64,000 bases of DNA from NCBI RefSeq assembly GCF_009914755.1, contig NC_060932.1. One strand, given 5' to 3'. The stretch comes from the human T2T-CHM13v2.0 reference genome, Homo sapiens. Below, one piece after another: positions 46,064 through 62,504 of the stretch (position 1 is its first letter; each line of letters begins with the position of its first letter). Position numbers and translations under genes: made by a program. Under the pieces are notes generated by a model. The model was not told the origin of the DNA, did not search any database, and saw only the letters and a program-made list of their open reading frames with translations.

Positions 46064-48981
46064 ACAATATATGTGTAATGAAGTATCAGGAGGAGGAGAA
46101 AGAAAGGAATAGAAGAAATATTTGAAGAAATTCTGACTGAGATTTTCCCAAAATTGAAAATAAACAAAATCTACATATCTAGGAAGCTGAGAGAGTACCA
46201 AGCAAGATAAATACAAAAAATTTAAACATAGGCATATTATATTGAAACTGCCAAAAATCAAAGACAAAAAGAAAATCTTAAAAGAAGCCAGGAGGGAAAA
46301 AAATCTTTATCTATGGACAACCAAGGATAAGAATTACATCAGACTTCTCTGAAACCACATAAGCAAAAAGAGAGGAAAGTGAAATATTTAAAATGTTTAA
46401 AAAAAAAAAGAACACTATCTTAAAACTCTCTACCTAGCAAAATTATCTTTTTTTTTTAGACAGAGTCTCACTTTGTCACCCAGGCAGGAGTGCAGTGGCA
46501 GTGACCTTGGCTCACTGCAGCCTCCGCCTCCTGGGTCCAAGCAATCTCATGCCTCAGCCAGCCACCACCACGCCTGGCTAATTTTGTATTTTTAGTAGAG
46601 ACTGGGTTTCGCTAGGTTGGCCAGGCTGGTCTCGAACTCCTGACCTCAGGTGATCCGCCAGCCTTGGCCTCCCAAAGTGCCAGGATTAAAGGTGCAGGCC
46701 ACCGCGCCCAGCCTACCCTTTAAATTAAAGTAAAAATACATAATTTTCTTAGGTAAACAAAAATAGAGTTTGTCACCAGTAGTCCTACCTTACAATAAAA
46801 GTGAAAAGAAATTCTTCACTCATACTCAATGGTGAAAAACTAAAAGCTTTTCTTCTAAGATCAGGAACAAAGCAAAAGTACCCCTTCTTGCCACATTTAT
46901 TTAACGTGATACTAAAAGTTCTAGCAAGAACAATTAGGCAAGAAAAGGAAATAAATGGCATCCAAACTGTTGGGGGGTGGGAATGAGTAAAATTATCTAT
47001 TTCCAAATGACATAATTTTTTTGTAAAAAACCCTAAACTTCACTCCCCCAAAATTATTAAAACTAATAACAAATTCAGTAAAGTTGCAGGACAGAAAATC
47101 AACATACAAATATCAGTTGTGTTTCTATAGCATTAACAACAAGCAACTGGAAAGCAAGTAAAGAAAATCTCATTCATAATAGCAAGAAAAGGATAAGATA
47201 CTTAAGAATAAACTTAACCAAAAAGATGAAAGACTGGTACATTAAAAATTGCAGACATTCATGAAAGAAATTAAAGAAGACACAAATCAGTGGAAAGATA
47301 TCCTATGTTCGTGAATTGGAAGACATAATAATATTAAAATATCCATACTATTCAAAGCAATTTATAGATTATATACAATCCCTATCAAAATCCTAATGGC
47401 ACTCTTGACAGAAATAGAAAAAACAATCTTAAAATTCATATAAAGCCACAAAGGACCTAGAAGAGTCAAAACAATGAGCAAGAAAAACAAAGCTAGGGGC
47501 ATCACATTTTCTAATTTCAAAATGTATTATAAAGATAGAGTAATCAAAACTGTGTGCTACTGGCATAAAGACAGACATATAGGCGACTGGAAGAGAATAG
47601 AGGGCCCAGAAATCAACTGACACTTATACAGTCAACTGGCCTTCAACAAACATGCGAAGAATATGTAATGGGGAAAAGATGGTTTCTTCAATACATGGTA
47701 CTGAGAAAACTGAATATTCACATGCAAAAGAATAAAACTGGGCCTGTATCTTACAGTACACACAAAAAGCAACTCAAAATGAACTACACATTTAAACATA
47801 ATTACCTGAGACTGTAAAACTTATAGAAGAAAACATAAGGAGAAACTTTCATGATGTTGGTCATGGCAATTATTTTAACTTATAAATTGTAACAAAAGGA
47901 TTTGGGAAGGACTGGTAGGTTTAAAGGGAATAGTTATGGGAGATTATGGGTTATAGGCTCCTGTGCATATCTCAGTAACTTCCTCAGTAAAGAAGACATG
48001 GCCTTGAGCCCGAATACCCTGGGAAGCTGGAACTAAGACTCAACTCCTTCTGACCCCTTCTCTCAATTAAGGATTCTTTTTTTCTCATTTCACCAAGAAC
48101 AGAGAAGCAACCAAAGATAGCTTTTCTATTTTTCCACCACCATATCTCTTCACATAGTTTTATCTTTATCCATAATCTACCTTCTCTTCACTGTCTGATT
48201 CAAGGCCAACCCCTCCACTTACACTAGATTCCATCCCCAATGACTTTTTCAAGAATTTAACTCCAGAAGTTAAACATTATTTCCTGCATTATGAATCTCT
48301 GCACCACCCCCAAGCAGGATAATTCATTTTAGGTAGAAATATGTGGTAATAGTTCTCATTTAAAATTCTGTACATTTCCAGCTACTGCCTCATTTACTCC
48401 TCTCTTTATAGAAGAAAGCATCGTTTGTCTTTATTCAGCATCTCCACTTTTTCTCTTGCATTCTTTTGCTGTTGTTTTGTTTTTCTGGGAAAGTTCTTTA
48501 ATGTTTTTAATTTGTTATAAAGTATTTCAGACTTTAAAAATAAAAAGTAAATATATTGTGTCATATAATTTGTCTTCTCCTCTTAAAGCCGGAAGCTTCA
48601 TTTCTAATGATGAATGTCCTTCAGAATATTATCATTGCAGACTGAAGTGCAATGCTGATGAACATGCAATTACATACTGTGCTGACTTCAGCATCTGCTG
48701 CAAACTGAAGATCATTGAAATTGACGGACAAAAGAAGTGGTGAAAATGCTAACTCCATCTTCTTCAGACTCCAGGAGCAAAAACATGTCTTAAACTCTCT
48801 TATCTACGAATAATTAACATGATGGATGAAAATTATTATAATTGCATGTTTAGATGGTCAGGTGAAAATGAATATAAATTTTATAAATGCTTACACTCTA
48901 TTTTCATTTGTGCATTTTAACATTTACTCCCTTAATTTACATCCACAGCCACATTGCTGTTTCACCCATAGTACTATATCC
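46064..48981 (+). repeat. Segmental direct repeat, copy 2
   Basis: Matches 1-2921, then continues into a MIR (48982-49180) and non-duplicated sequence. Confidence 0.97.
48589..48743 (+). pseudogene. DEFB131: DEFB131-family orphan exon 2, copy 2 (open frame; no exon 1 found upstream)
   Basis: ag acceptor at 48587-48588; (A)[50 protein letters not shown]. No signal-peptide exon (MRVLFFVFGVLSL...) seen between 41500 and 48500. Confidence 0.85.
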
Positions 48982-50290
48982 CAGCCCTACCACTTATTAA
49001 CTGTTCAAGCTTGGGCAAATTATTTCTTTTCTGTCTATCTCAGCTTCCTTATTTATAAAATGGGATAGCAATAGGTACCTACACTGTGGTACTGTTAGGA
49101 TTATGTGAGTTAGTATATGTGAAGTTCTTAAACAGCGCTTGACCCTATTATAGACATTATATAAATGTTAGCTATAGTTTCATGGAACCCAAGAATTTGA
49201 TCCATCCTATTCCTTTGGGGTTTTATATAATTATTCTGTGTTGCCTAAGAGTTCATGTTTGTTAAAATGTTAGGTGGTTTTGAAAATAAGGTATATTTTT
49301 CAGGTTATCAGATATATAATTTTATATAAACACAATCTATTGATGCAACATTATTCTATTCCAGTAATCTAGGACTTGATCACTAGTAGTGAGAACTAAA
49401 AAGAAAGAAGAGATACAAGGTGAATTTTAGAATTAGGATTGGCAGGATTTATTGGCCATATGATATATTGAGAAGCCATGAATGATGATTCTGAGATTTC
49501 AAAGCTGATAAAAAGATGGATGCCAATATAACTCACTAAACTAGAGAGGCAAGAAGAGAAAGTAGGTTGGGAATGTGGGGAGATTCAATAAAGAGATGTT
49601 TTGGCATAATAGGGTTTTAGTCATGTAAGGGATATGTCAGTCTACTAGGCATATTTACAAAAGTATAATTTTCTTTTTCTATAAATTAACTGAATTCCTA
49701 TTAGGAACCTTATTTTGCCTGGTCACAGAAACTGAAACTTAGTCAATTCATAGTTGATCATATCTTCTCCAAGTTATTTTTAAGTTCCAAAAGAGGTAAG
49801 CAGTGATGAGGTATCTGGGAGAGCATTTATTATGTTAACCTACTAAAACATCTTCATTCTCATCTGATCTTCTGTCACTAATCTAGGTACAACTGCTGAG
49901 TTCTGTCTCATTCTTATTTTTAATAAAATTTGTAAAGCTCTTTGGGTGAGTCCCATTCTTTGGTACATTGGTTGGTCCTGCTACTCAAGCATCATCCTAG
50001 GTCCTTAGGTTATAAGTAAGTCCCAATAAGGGCCACAAAATAGTATTTCTCTTGAACTACTGCAGAGAGCCCAGCCTCATCTCACCTCAAATTCTTTCTA
50101 AAAAGTCTTGCATCATGTCTCAGACGAGTCCTAATATGTGGCATCCACTATTTTTCTTGTCTGTTTCTCTGCCTGCAAGTGGTAATGTCCTGTTGGTAGT
50201 GGAAGCACTGGGGTTACCTCTCATTGTTGCTGTGGAAGCTGGTACCAAGTGTTTCTGATGCCTTGGCCCTTTGCGTCCCAAGACGTCTGT

Positions 50291-50346
50291 GAAAGAAAAG
50301 AAAGAAAGAAAAGAAAGAAAGAGAGAGAAAGAAAGAAGAAAGAAAG

Positions 50347-50401
<55 letters not shown>

Positions 50402-50431
50402 AAAAGAAAAAGAGAGAGAGAAAGAAAGAAA
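50291..50431 (+). repeat. (GAAA)n/(GA)n microsatellite
   Basis: Pure purine tract of ~140 bp. Confidence 0.97.
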
Positions 50432-50818
50432 GATTCTTTAGCTTTTTCAGTGTCACTTCCTTACCATAGGTTCTAGCTCCCCAGGCCCTGGCATCTACTA
50501 ATTCTTCCTGGCTGGCCCAGACTAGATTCAAAGTAGAATTTTTGCTATATTTCAGAACCCCTTTGTCCCAGGAGACAATATAGAAGAGTGGTTAATTAAT
50601 TTGGGTTCTAGAATCTCTGTAAGACTTATCAGTCCCAGATGTGTGATTTTAGAAGAATTACTCAAATCTCTGCTTCAACATCTTGAAAATGTGAATGGTG
50701 AAAATGTCTAGTTAAGAGATCATTTGTAAGATTAAGTGAGGCAATATTAAAAAAAATACATACTACAATCCTTGATGCCTAAAAGTGCTCCAAATACCAG
50801 CTGTTAGGAATATATCTG

Positions 50819-51818
<1,000 letters not shown>

Positions 51819-52724
51819 TATATTGTAAAGTTAAAGTATAAACCTAATATCTAGAGTTCATTTATTTATTCAACAAATATACCTTTGGCACTGATGGCCT
51901 GCTAGACTTTCAGCCCAATACTGGTGTAAAATGATAAATAAGACAGTCATGGAATCTACTCGGATTTCACAGTCTAATCAGAGACACAAATAATTGATAT
52001 AGTAACAATTGTGACAAGTGCTATGAAAAAAAAAGGAATGGGTGCTGTAAAATTTGTAATGGGAAAGAGGACCATCTCTTCACAGAGGATACAGAAGCTG
52101 CTTCCTTCTGCATCTCCCACTGTTGGCTAGAATACATTTCTGTTTATTAGGATTGTCATTTGGAAAGGCTGCATATTGAATCTGTATGGCTCAGGGTCAG
52201 ACAGGGACATTTCAATTGCAGCTGAGAGTATGGCAGTTGCAGAACAACCACAGATCAGGAAGATGAGAAGAGTAGCATGATGACCCTAAAGAAATACCAA
52301 ACCCAGGAGGCAGAAGAAAGAGCCATCTAGTCCTAGCGTGGAGCATATTGTACTTCTCCATTTTCTAATCCCAGAGCACCATGTGGCCTTAGGGGAATAT
52401 ATGGATGAAAAGAAAAAGCTGGTGTGCTGGTAAGCCACATACTTGTTTTCAAATGATGCGCACATCTCCCCTCTTTATCTCTAAAGTCTATGAACTAGGT
52501 CAGCTCCCAACTCGTGGCACCTACAGTGAACCAGACGCTGAGCCAGGGGAGGTCTAGATAACAAGAGACGATCTCTGACAGTTGCTGAAATTCTTCTTTA
52601 CCTCTTAGAGCAAAACTCAGAGGCTGTCCTGTTCTGATATTTAAGTAAAAATCACGAATTGCTGGTAGTTGGTGACCTAGTCAGTGAACGAGCTCCTTAT
52701 CAATAGTGGGAGAATGATAGTAAT

Positions 52725-53203
52725 AGTCCGTTCTGGGGAAAAGAATTTGGCACTGTAATGGTCTTGGGGTTTTTTAACTTTGGCTTTGTAAGCAACATTA
52801 TTTTTGCTTGGGTTAAAGCCTCTTCCAGCTGTTTATCAACATAGATAAAAGTATATTGCTTTATTATTTCTCCTTGAGTCATATTCAACACTTTCTTTGC
52901 ATGGGCAATGCCAGTATCCCACTGAGCATGTCCTCTCTGAGGTTGAGGTTTCCAGGTCTTTTTTTCTCAGAGTGATTGCTGGCTTCTTTGGGAGCCTCAG
53001 CCAGTAATTCTTTATACTGTTTATGACCTTTATACTCCCATACCTGCTTTTCATGAACCCACGCCCTCACTGGCTGGTTGCTAAGAAATTGGACATGATA
53101 TGACCAGGCACCCCTTGTGTCAATTTTAGTATGAACTTCCAGCTGGGGCTCACTTGAGACCAAGGTAGGAACCTAAGGTAGAAATGATAGGTTCCTGCCT
53201 TGG
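52725..53203 (-). pseudogene. Processed pseudogene fragment of NSD3 (WHSC1L1), first PWWP domain region
   Basis: VSSEPQLEVHTKIDTRGAWSYHVQFLSNQPVRAWVHEKQVWEYKGHKQYKELLAEAPKEASNHSEK and ..MTQGEIIKQYTFIYVDKQLEEALTQAK match recalled NSD3 (VSSDPQLEVHTKINTRGAREYHVQFFSNQPERAWVHEKRVREYKGHKQYEELLAEA...EQYTFIYIDKQPEEALSQAK); frameshifted, no introns. Confidence 0.9.
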
Positions 53204-54790
<1,587 letters not shown>

Positions 54791-54799
54791 CTCTTGATG

Positions 54800-55365
54800 A
54801 CAACATACAGCTGTGGCCCAGCCTTTCTACTCCTGAATATTTGCAAAAGAAAAATGAAAGCATATATCCATACCATGACTTGTACATGAATGTCCATAGC
54901 AGCTTTATTTTCAATAGCCAAAAACTGGAAATAATCAAACATCAATCAATACGTGACTGGATAAACACATAGATGTATAGCCATGCAGTGGTGCTCAGCA
55001 ATGAAAAGGAATGAACAACTAATTCATATTATAGCAAGGACGAATCTCAAATAATTATGCTGAGTAAAAGAAACCCAACAAGAAAGAGTATAGAATATAT
55101 TATTCTATTCACATGAAATTCCAAGAAAATACAAAGTAATCTATAGTGTCAGCAGAAAAGTTGTGGCCTTTAGACTGAGAGGTGAAAGAGAATCAGGAGG
55201 GGAATATTACAGAAGGCATGAAAAAATGTTAGGGGGAATGGATATGTTCATTATTTTGAATGTGACAATGGTCTCACAAACGTATAGATATGGCAAAACT
55301 TATCCGATTGTACACTTTACTGTTTGAAGTTTATTGTATGTCACTTATACTTCAATAAAAAATGT
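54800..55365 (+). mobile_element. Old L1 3' end
   Basis: cttgtacatgaatgtccatagcagctttatt...gaatctcaaataattatgctgagt...tatacttcaataaa. Confidence 0.75.
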
Positions 55366-56016
55366 TTTTTTAAATAGTAACAATTATTTTAAATGACCTT
55401 GACAAAATATTGTGCAACACTTAAAAATACTATTTATGAAGTTTATAGTGACACTGATATATAGTATATATCAAGTTACAAAAGCAGGATACCTAATTAT
55501 AAGAATATTGTTTATAGCTATGTAAAACAAAATATTAAACAACAAACTAGGCATAAATGAAACTTTCTTTAGAATGACAGTTTGTCTCTGAGAAGAGCAG
55601 TTCATCTGTAACTTGTCCATCCTTGTCATGTTTAATATTTTACCAATTTTCTAAAATTAGCAATTACATTTTTATTGGAACAAAAGCCTATCAAATTTTA
55701 ATTTTACTCATTTAAAAGAGTAAGAGCACATAGTTCTCAGGCCTCCATGTACTTTTGGAAAACCTGGGTGGGAGAACAGTGTCTTTGTCAATAGGAAAAG
55801 CTGTCAAACAAGAAAGGGCTGTCCATTTTTTTTCCTCAGATGAGCATTGCCAACACGGCTGCCTCAGGGGTGTTCAGTGTAGCATATCTACCTGAAGCGA
55901 GGCATACCCCAGCCCTGAGAGGTTTGTATAGGACTGTGTGCTCAACCTCTTCTCTCTGTTCCCTGACAGCCGATGTCAGACCCTGCCACTAGCCTCCTTA
56001 ACAGAAGTTCCCAGCC

Positions 56017-56074
56017 ATGAAGCCTCTCCTTGTTGTGTTTGTCTTTCTTTTCCTTTGGGATCCAGTGCTGGCAG
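56017..56074 (+). CDS. DEFB134: Beta-defensin 134, exon 1 (signal peptide)
   Basis: Kozak gccATG; MKPLLVVFVFLFLWDPVLA+G; phase-1 donor g|gtaaaa at 56075. Confidence 0.96.
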
Positions 56075-56189
56075 GTAAAACTGGCATATTTTGGGGGGTA
56101 GGGGTGCTTCATATAGAAGAACAATGCCACTAAACAACCCAATAAACATACACCACCCATGGGCCCTTTAATTTTCAAGCTAGAAAAAA

Positions 56190-56460
56190 GCATCAACTAG
56201 TTTTGATGTCAGCAAGACCTGGGCTTGAATCTGGCTGTCCAACTTGTTAACTATATAACTTTGGACAAAGGTCTAAGCTTCTCTGAGCCTTAGTTTCCTT
56301 TTTTTTTTTTGGCTGAACTGATCCGCACCAATGAGCCTTAGTTTCTTCATTTGAAAAATGGAAATATGGAAATGAAGAGTCTCACAAGGATTAAATCAGA
56401 TCATGTATGGAATATGTCCATACATAATATGAAAAGTACCTGGCTCATGAGAGCTATCAT
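56190..56460 (-). mobile_element. MIR in the DEFB134 intron, carrying a micro-insertion at 56298-56331
   Basis: MIR core ctctgagccttagtttc..catttgaaaaatgg..ggattaaatcagatcatgtatg. Confidence 0.8.
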
Positions 56461-57649
56461 TGTATTTTCATTAGTAATGCCCATCCTGTCTTCCTGCTGT
56501 TATTTTGTCTCTAATTCAAGAATGTATCTAAGTATAATAGTCAAAACCAGAAAATAGTGACAACACAATTTGTTAATTTTCTAATATACTGCAGTTTCCT
56601 ACAGTTAATTTACTATTTGTGAATCCATTAGTTACATGAGGAAACAGATTTAGAACGGCTAGTTTCAAGAGAATCACTGAGCTTTATGTGATAGAAGAAA
56701 TGCCTGATCAGATGAGATAGCAGCCAGGGAGACATGACAGAGAGTGTGAGTGGCCCTGTGCTCTAGCTTCACCATATCCTTTCCGACTTTAGCAATCTCA
56801 TCTGGAAAATTCTTTTCACTCAGTGTTACTGAATCAGTCCAGTCAGATTGGTTCATCTGCCTAGATGGACTGAAGTGTTTGCCTGAAGTATTCTCCAGGC
56901 AAATGAATCACATCTTCAGATTATGTGACTCACCAGGCTAAATTTAAGAATTCATGGGATCAAGGCCTCTTAAAGCTGCTGATGCAACCAATTCCATTAC
57001 GGTTTATGGCAATGGATTTGTGGCCTCCAGACAAAGAACCCCATATAGTGTACAATATTCCCTTCAATTCCTTTTGCATTCTCATAACTTGTCATTTCCA
57101 TTGAAAGTTCTTGTCTCATTTTATAGACCATTATATTTCATCTTCCCAAAAGTGTTACAGATTGTCCTCTAGGGCTTCTGTCTTGCAAACTAAGTAACAC
57201 TGATCCCTTCTTGTTCATGTAGGACAATTATCCTCCAGGGCATTATGACTCAGATAGGGTATGTGTTTGCTCAAAATTTCTACAGATTCCTTGAGCTTCA
57301 ATAAGACTTCTCAAATCTTCAGAATTGATTTCATCCTCCTTCAAACTCACAAGACCGTTCCACATTGCAAATACATCATTGCACTTGTCATGTTTTTTCC
57401 TCTCTCAGAGATATTTTGTATTTCTTCTCTTTTTGTCTAGAATGAAAATTCATTGAGGTTAAGGTCTATATCATACTCAAATCTGTACCCCAACAGTCCT
57501 TGATTCACAGGATTTATAAAAATTGGTTTATGAATAATAATGAGTAAGTAATTATTTAAACAATAATGAATGAATGACTATGTGAATAGCTAGCTTGATT
57601 GTTTGGGTTATATTCATTGACAAATTCAGGGAAACTTCCAAATTATTAC

Positions 57650-58005
57650 TTGTTTTAGTCAGCTTGGGCTGCGATAACAAAATTCCGCACACTGTGGCTT
57701 AGACAAACTTTATTTTCTCATAGTTCCAGAAGATGAGAAATCCAAGATCAAGGTGCTAGCTGATTCAATTTCTGATGAGAGCTTGCTTTCAAGCTTGTAG
57801 ATGGCCATCTTTTTGCCGTGACCTTCACTAATAAGACCATCAATCCTATTGGATTAGCCTATCAATCTTATTGGATTAGGGTTCCACCATCATGACCTCA
57901 TTTAACTTATATTACTTCCTGAAGGCCCTATCTCTAAAGACAGTCACATCAGGGGTGAGGGTTTCAGCATATGAATTTTGGGGTGACACAATTCAGCCCC
58001 TACCA
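57650..58005 (-). mobile_element. MaLR LTR (MLT1A-like) in the DEFB134 intron
   Basis: tgttttagtcagcttgggctgcgataacaaa...aaatccaagatcaaggtgc...catatgaattttggggtgacacaattcagccc. Confidence 0.8.
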
Positions 58006-58146
58006 CTAATTAATTTTTTCAGTTACAGGATCAATTATCATAACCAAATCTCCTTGGTATCCGGTTGGATAAAAATTGAGGGACTAGCAATTTTATGGTC
58101 CAAAAAGGCCTGTAGTGAATTATCTTTCTATTCATTTTCCTTCCAG

Positions 58147-58289
58147 GTATAAATTCATTATCATCAGAAATGCACAAGAAATGCTATAAAAATGGCATCT
58201 GCAGACTTGAATGCTATGAGAGTGAAATGTTAGTTGCCTACTGTATGTTTCAGCTGGAGTGCTGTGTCAAAGGAAATCCTGCACCCTGA
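58147..58289 (+). CDS. DEFB134: Beta-defensin 134, exon 2 (mature peptide); spliced CDS is 201 nt, 66 aa
   Basis: ttttccttccag acceptor; (G)INSLSSEMHKKCYKNGICRLECYESEMLVAYCMFQLECCVKGNPAP* with 6 Cys; phase matches exon 1. Confidence 0.96.
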
Positions 58290-58639
58290 CATAAGAAACC
58301 AATGAATGGCCACTATCCTGTAGGCCCTTGATTCTGCCATCTTTCACAAAACCAGGGAATTTAGATCAAACTGTGACACCATGATGTGTCCATGACTACT
58401 GGTTTTTAGCATTTTTATAGGCCAGCAGACTCTTGTGGTCTTAAATTTAAAGAGCTGAGCTGTAGCCTTCTTTAAAAGAGCTCGGTTTTTCACAAAAACA
58501 ATGTAGAAGATATTTTCTCACCTCAACGTGATGTCCAGTGTGCTCATCAGCACCTGTTTCTCCCTCTAATCATAGAGGATATTCTTATTATTTAGAAAGG
58601 CTTCAAGGGAAACAACTTTTGACACCTAAGTCGTGTCCT

Positions 58640-60400
58640 ACCTTCGCTTCAGCTTCGCATTTCCCATTTCTGTGAAATTCCCAACTTTAGAGAAGCAGAT
58701 TTGCCATGGCCTTCTGACAACCTTGTACATCTCTCACATAAACCGCATAGGCAGGGCTTAACTACAGGCTGGCCCGAGTCTGCACTGAGTCTGACCCTGA
58801 AGTTCCTTTGGAACAGGAGAGGCCATCTTGTGATGGGCTGGAACAAGGTAATTTCTCATCCACCTCCCTAGTTTCAGTTGAGCAATGGAACTTCCCACCT
58901 GAGCCCCTAGGGTTCAGCTACAGGCTATAAGACTGCCGTCCTGTGGTTTAGTGTTGGTTCCTTAGCAGCAGAGTGATGCCACCTCTGCTGCCCGTCATCT
59001 GACTCCTCTGGATGGGTGTTATCCTGTGGCTTAAGAGCTAACACCATGCTGATCTTGCTTTGCTATATGTGTAACTAATAAACTGCCTAAATCCATTTGG
59101 ACTCATGATTTTCTTTACCAATAAACTTTATGAAGGTGTAACAGGAAAACTTAGCAACTTCTGTCATGTTGCTTCTGACCCTACTGGCTACGCTGGTGAA
59201 TTCTTGCTTGATTTTTCAACAACATTCACCCTTATGGATGCATGAATGTGTGAGTTCTGTATCTGCTGCTCACGATAAAGACGGGGTGGCAAAGGAGAGT
59301 AGATTCTGGCTATGGAGCAACTTTCACGATCTTCAGTGCTCGATATGGCTCAGGCTCTCTAGTGATGTGAGACTGAGAGTGTGGGGCTCTTGCCGCAAAT
59401 AGCTGGTTGCTGATGTGGTACAAGGAAAAGGATACAGCGTCTTAGTTCTGGGGCTGAGATGACAGTACTGCCTGCCCAACCACACATGGCTGCTGGGAAG
59501 GGATGAAAAGAGAACAGCAGGTGAAAAAGCATGAGGGGTTGTAAGGAGTTCTGTACTTCCAGCAAATGTCCAACCTTTGAGCAAATTCAGTGTTGGTGTC
59601 TTTGGAGAGGAAGGTACTAAAAATCCAGTAGAATGTGTCCTCTCTGAGGCCCAGACTCCCTATGTAGACTGTAAGGAGTTTGGTTAAAATTGAATGGGAT
59701 CAGAGATGGCCTGGAATTGTAACTATGGTTACTAAGTGTGCAGAGTAAATGCATCCAGACATGGCTAGGAAAACTGTCAGACACTGAGGGAGACAGAGGG
59801 GTCCCTACTGGAAGAGCACCAAATCTTCTGAAACTTTGGCCTCATAACGTCCTGGACAGTCTTAGGCTTGCTTTTCATCTCACTCCTCCTAGTTGGGTGC
59901 AAGTTCTCTACACATACAGATAAAGAGAAACCTGAAAACAATCCAGCCTGCTGACAATCTGAAGAATGAGGTGTGATGACACTTTACAGACTAACTAGAA
60001 AGCTGATCCCCAAAGCCAGGGAGTGAATCTACGTTCTCTATGCTAGAAAGTACTCTCTGGAATCTGGCTAAGTCCTGCATGGACAGAACTTTCCACTGCT
60101 ACATGATATCAAAATAAGGCTATTACATCAGGGCCAGGCAACCTCTATGCCTTAGACCCTGCTCTACTATTCGCACTAGCCAATATTAAACCTGCTTATC
60201 CCAACTCCCTGCTCCTTCCAACAGAAATTTGCTAATCCTGCACTGCCTTCACCTTACCCTTGACAAGCCATATACCCTGTCAGGAAATGAACTTTGTAAC
60301 AACCAAGGTAGCTGCAAACTTTATTCTTTTGAGAGAAAGTGTGTATGTTATATGCACACCCTCCAGCTTTGCTGAAGGAACCTGAACAGATATTCACTAA
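58640..60400 (+). mobile_element. Probable ancient ERVL-class LTR (MER74/MER88/LTR53-like) plus degraded internal sequence
   Basis: TATA-like gctataag (~58924), then aataaactgcc..., then ggtgtaacaggaaaacttagcaact, resembling the U3-R-U5 layout of that family. Boundaries are uncertain. Confidence 0.45.
59077..59125 (+). terminator. Candidate DEFB134 polyadenylation signals (AATAAA at 59077 and 59120)
   Basis: First canonical AATAAA hexamers I found downstream of the stop codon. Confidence 0.55.
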
Positions 60401-60849
60401 CTTTGGTTGGTCTCTGTACATTGACACTTCCAAAAGAAATCCAATTCCAAGATCCAAAGCTTTTTAAAAAATAATTTAATTATTTACCAAATCTATCTGT
60501 ATGGAAACAAAATGGGGAAGGGATTTGTCACAATATGGAGCAAACTCTCTTCAAAATTCTTTCTGAATATCGCTCCCTGAAATCTTACTCATTCAGTAGT
60601 GAAAACTGCATTGTCTAAAAGCAACATCTAGAATTTATCTGGGATATCTAGAATTCGTAATAGAGATTCTGAGAAGCCTCAAGGGTAAGAACAAGCTCTG
60701 TCTTTAGGGAAACTCATTTTTACTTAGAGCTAATTTTTGACATTTTTTCCAATTTTATTGAGATATGATTGCCAAATAAAAATTGTATATTCAAGGTGCA
60801 GGACATGGCTTGATTCCATATGCATCATGTAACGATTACCACAAATTTC

Positions 60850-62500
<1,651 letters not shown>

Positions 62501-62504
62501 CTGA

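Noticed and set aside
48456-48743. 95-aa single-exon ORF giving the orphan defensin a hydrophobic N-terminus
   Set aside because: It starts at TTG in T-rich intron sequence, and the equivalent frame is not listed for copy 1, so it is probably a chance open frame.
50214-50531. Lys/Glu/Arg-rich and Phe/Ser/Leu-rich ORFs
   Set aside because: These are translations of the (GAAA)n microsatellite.
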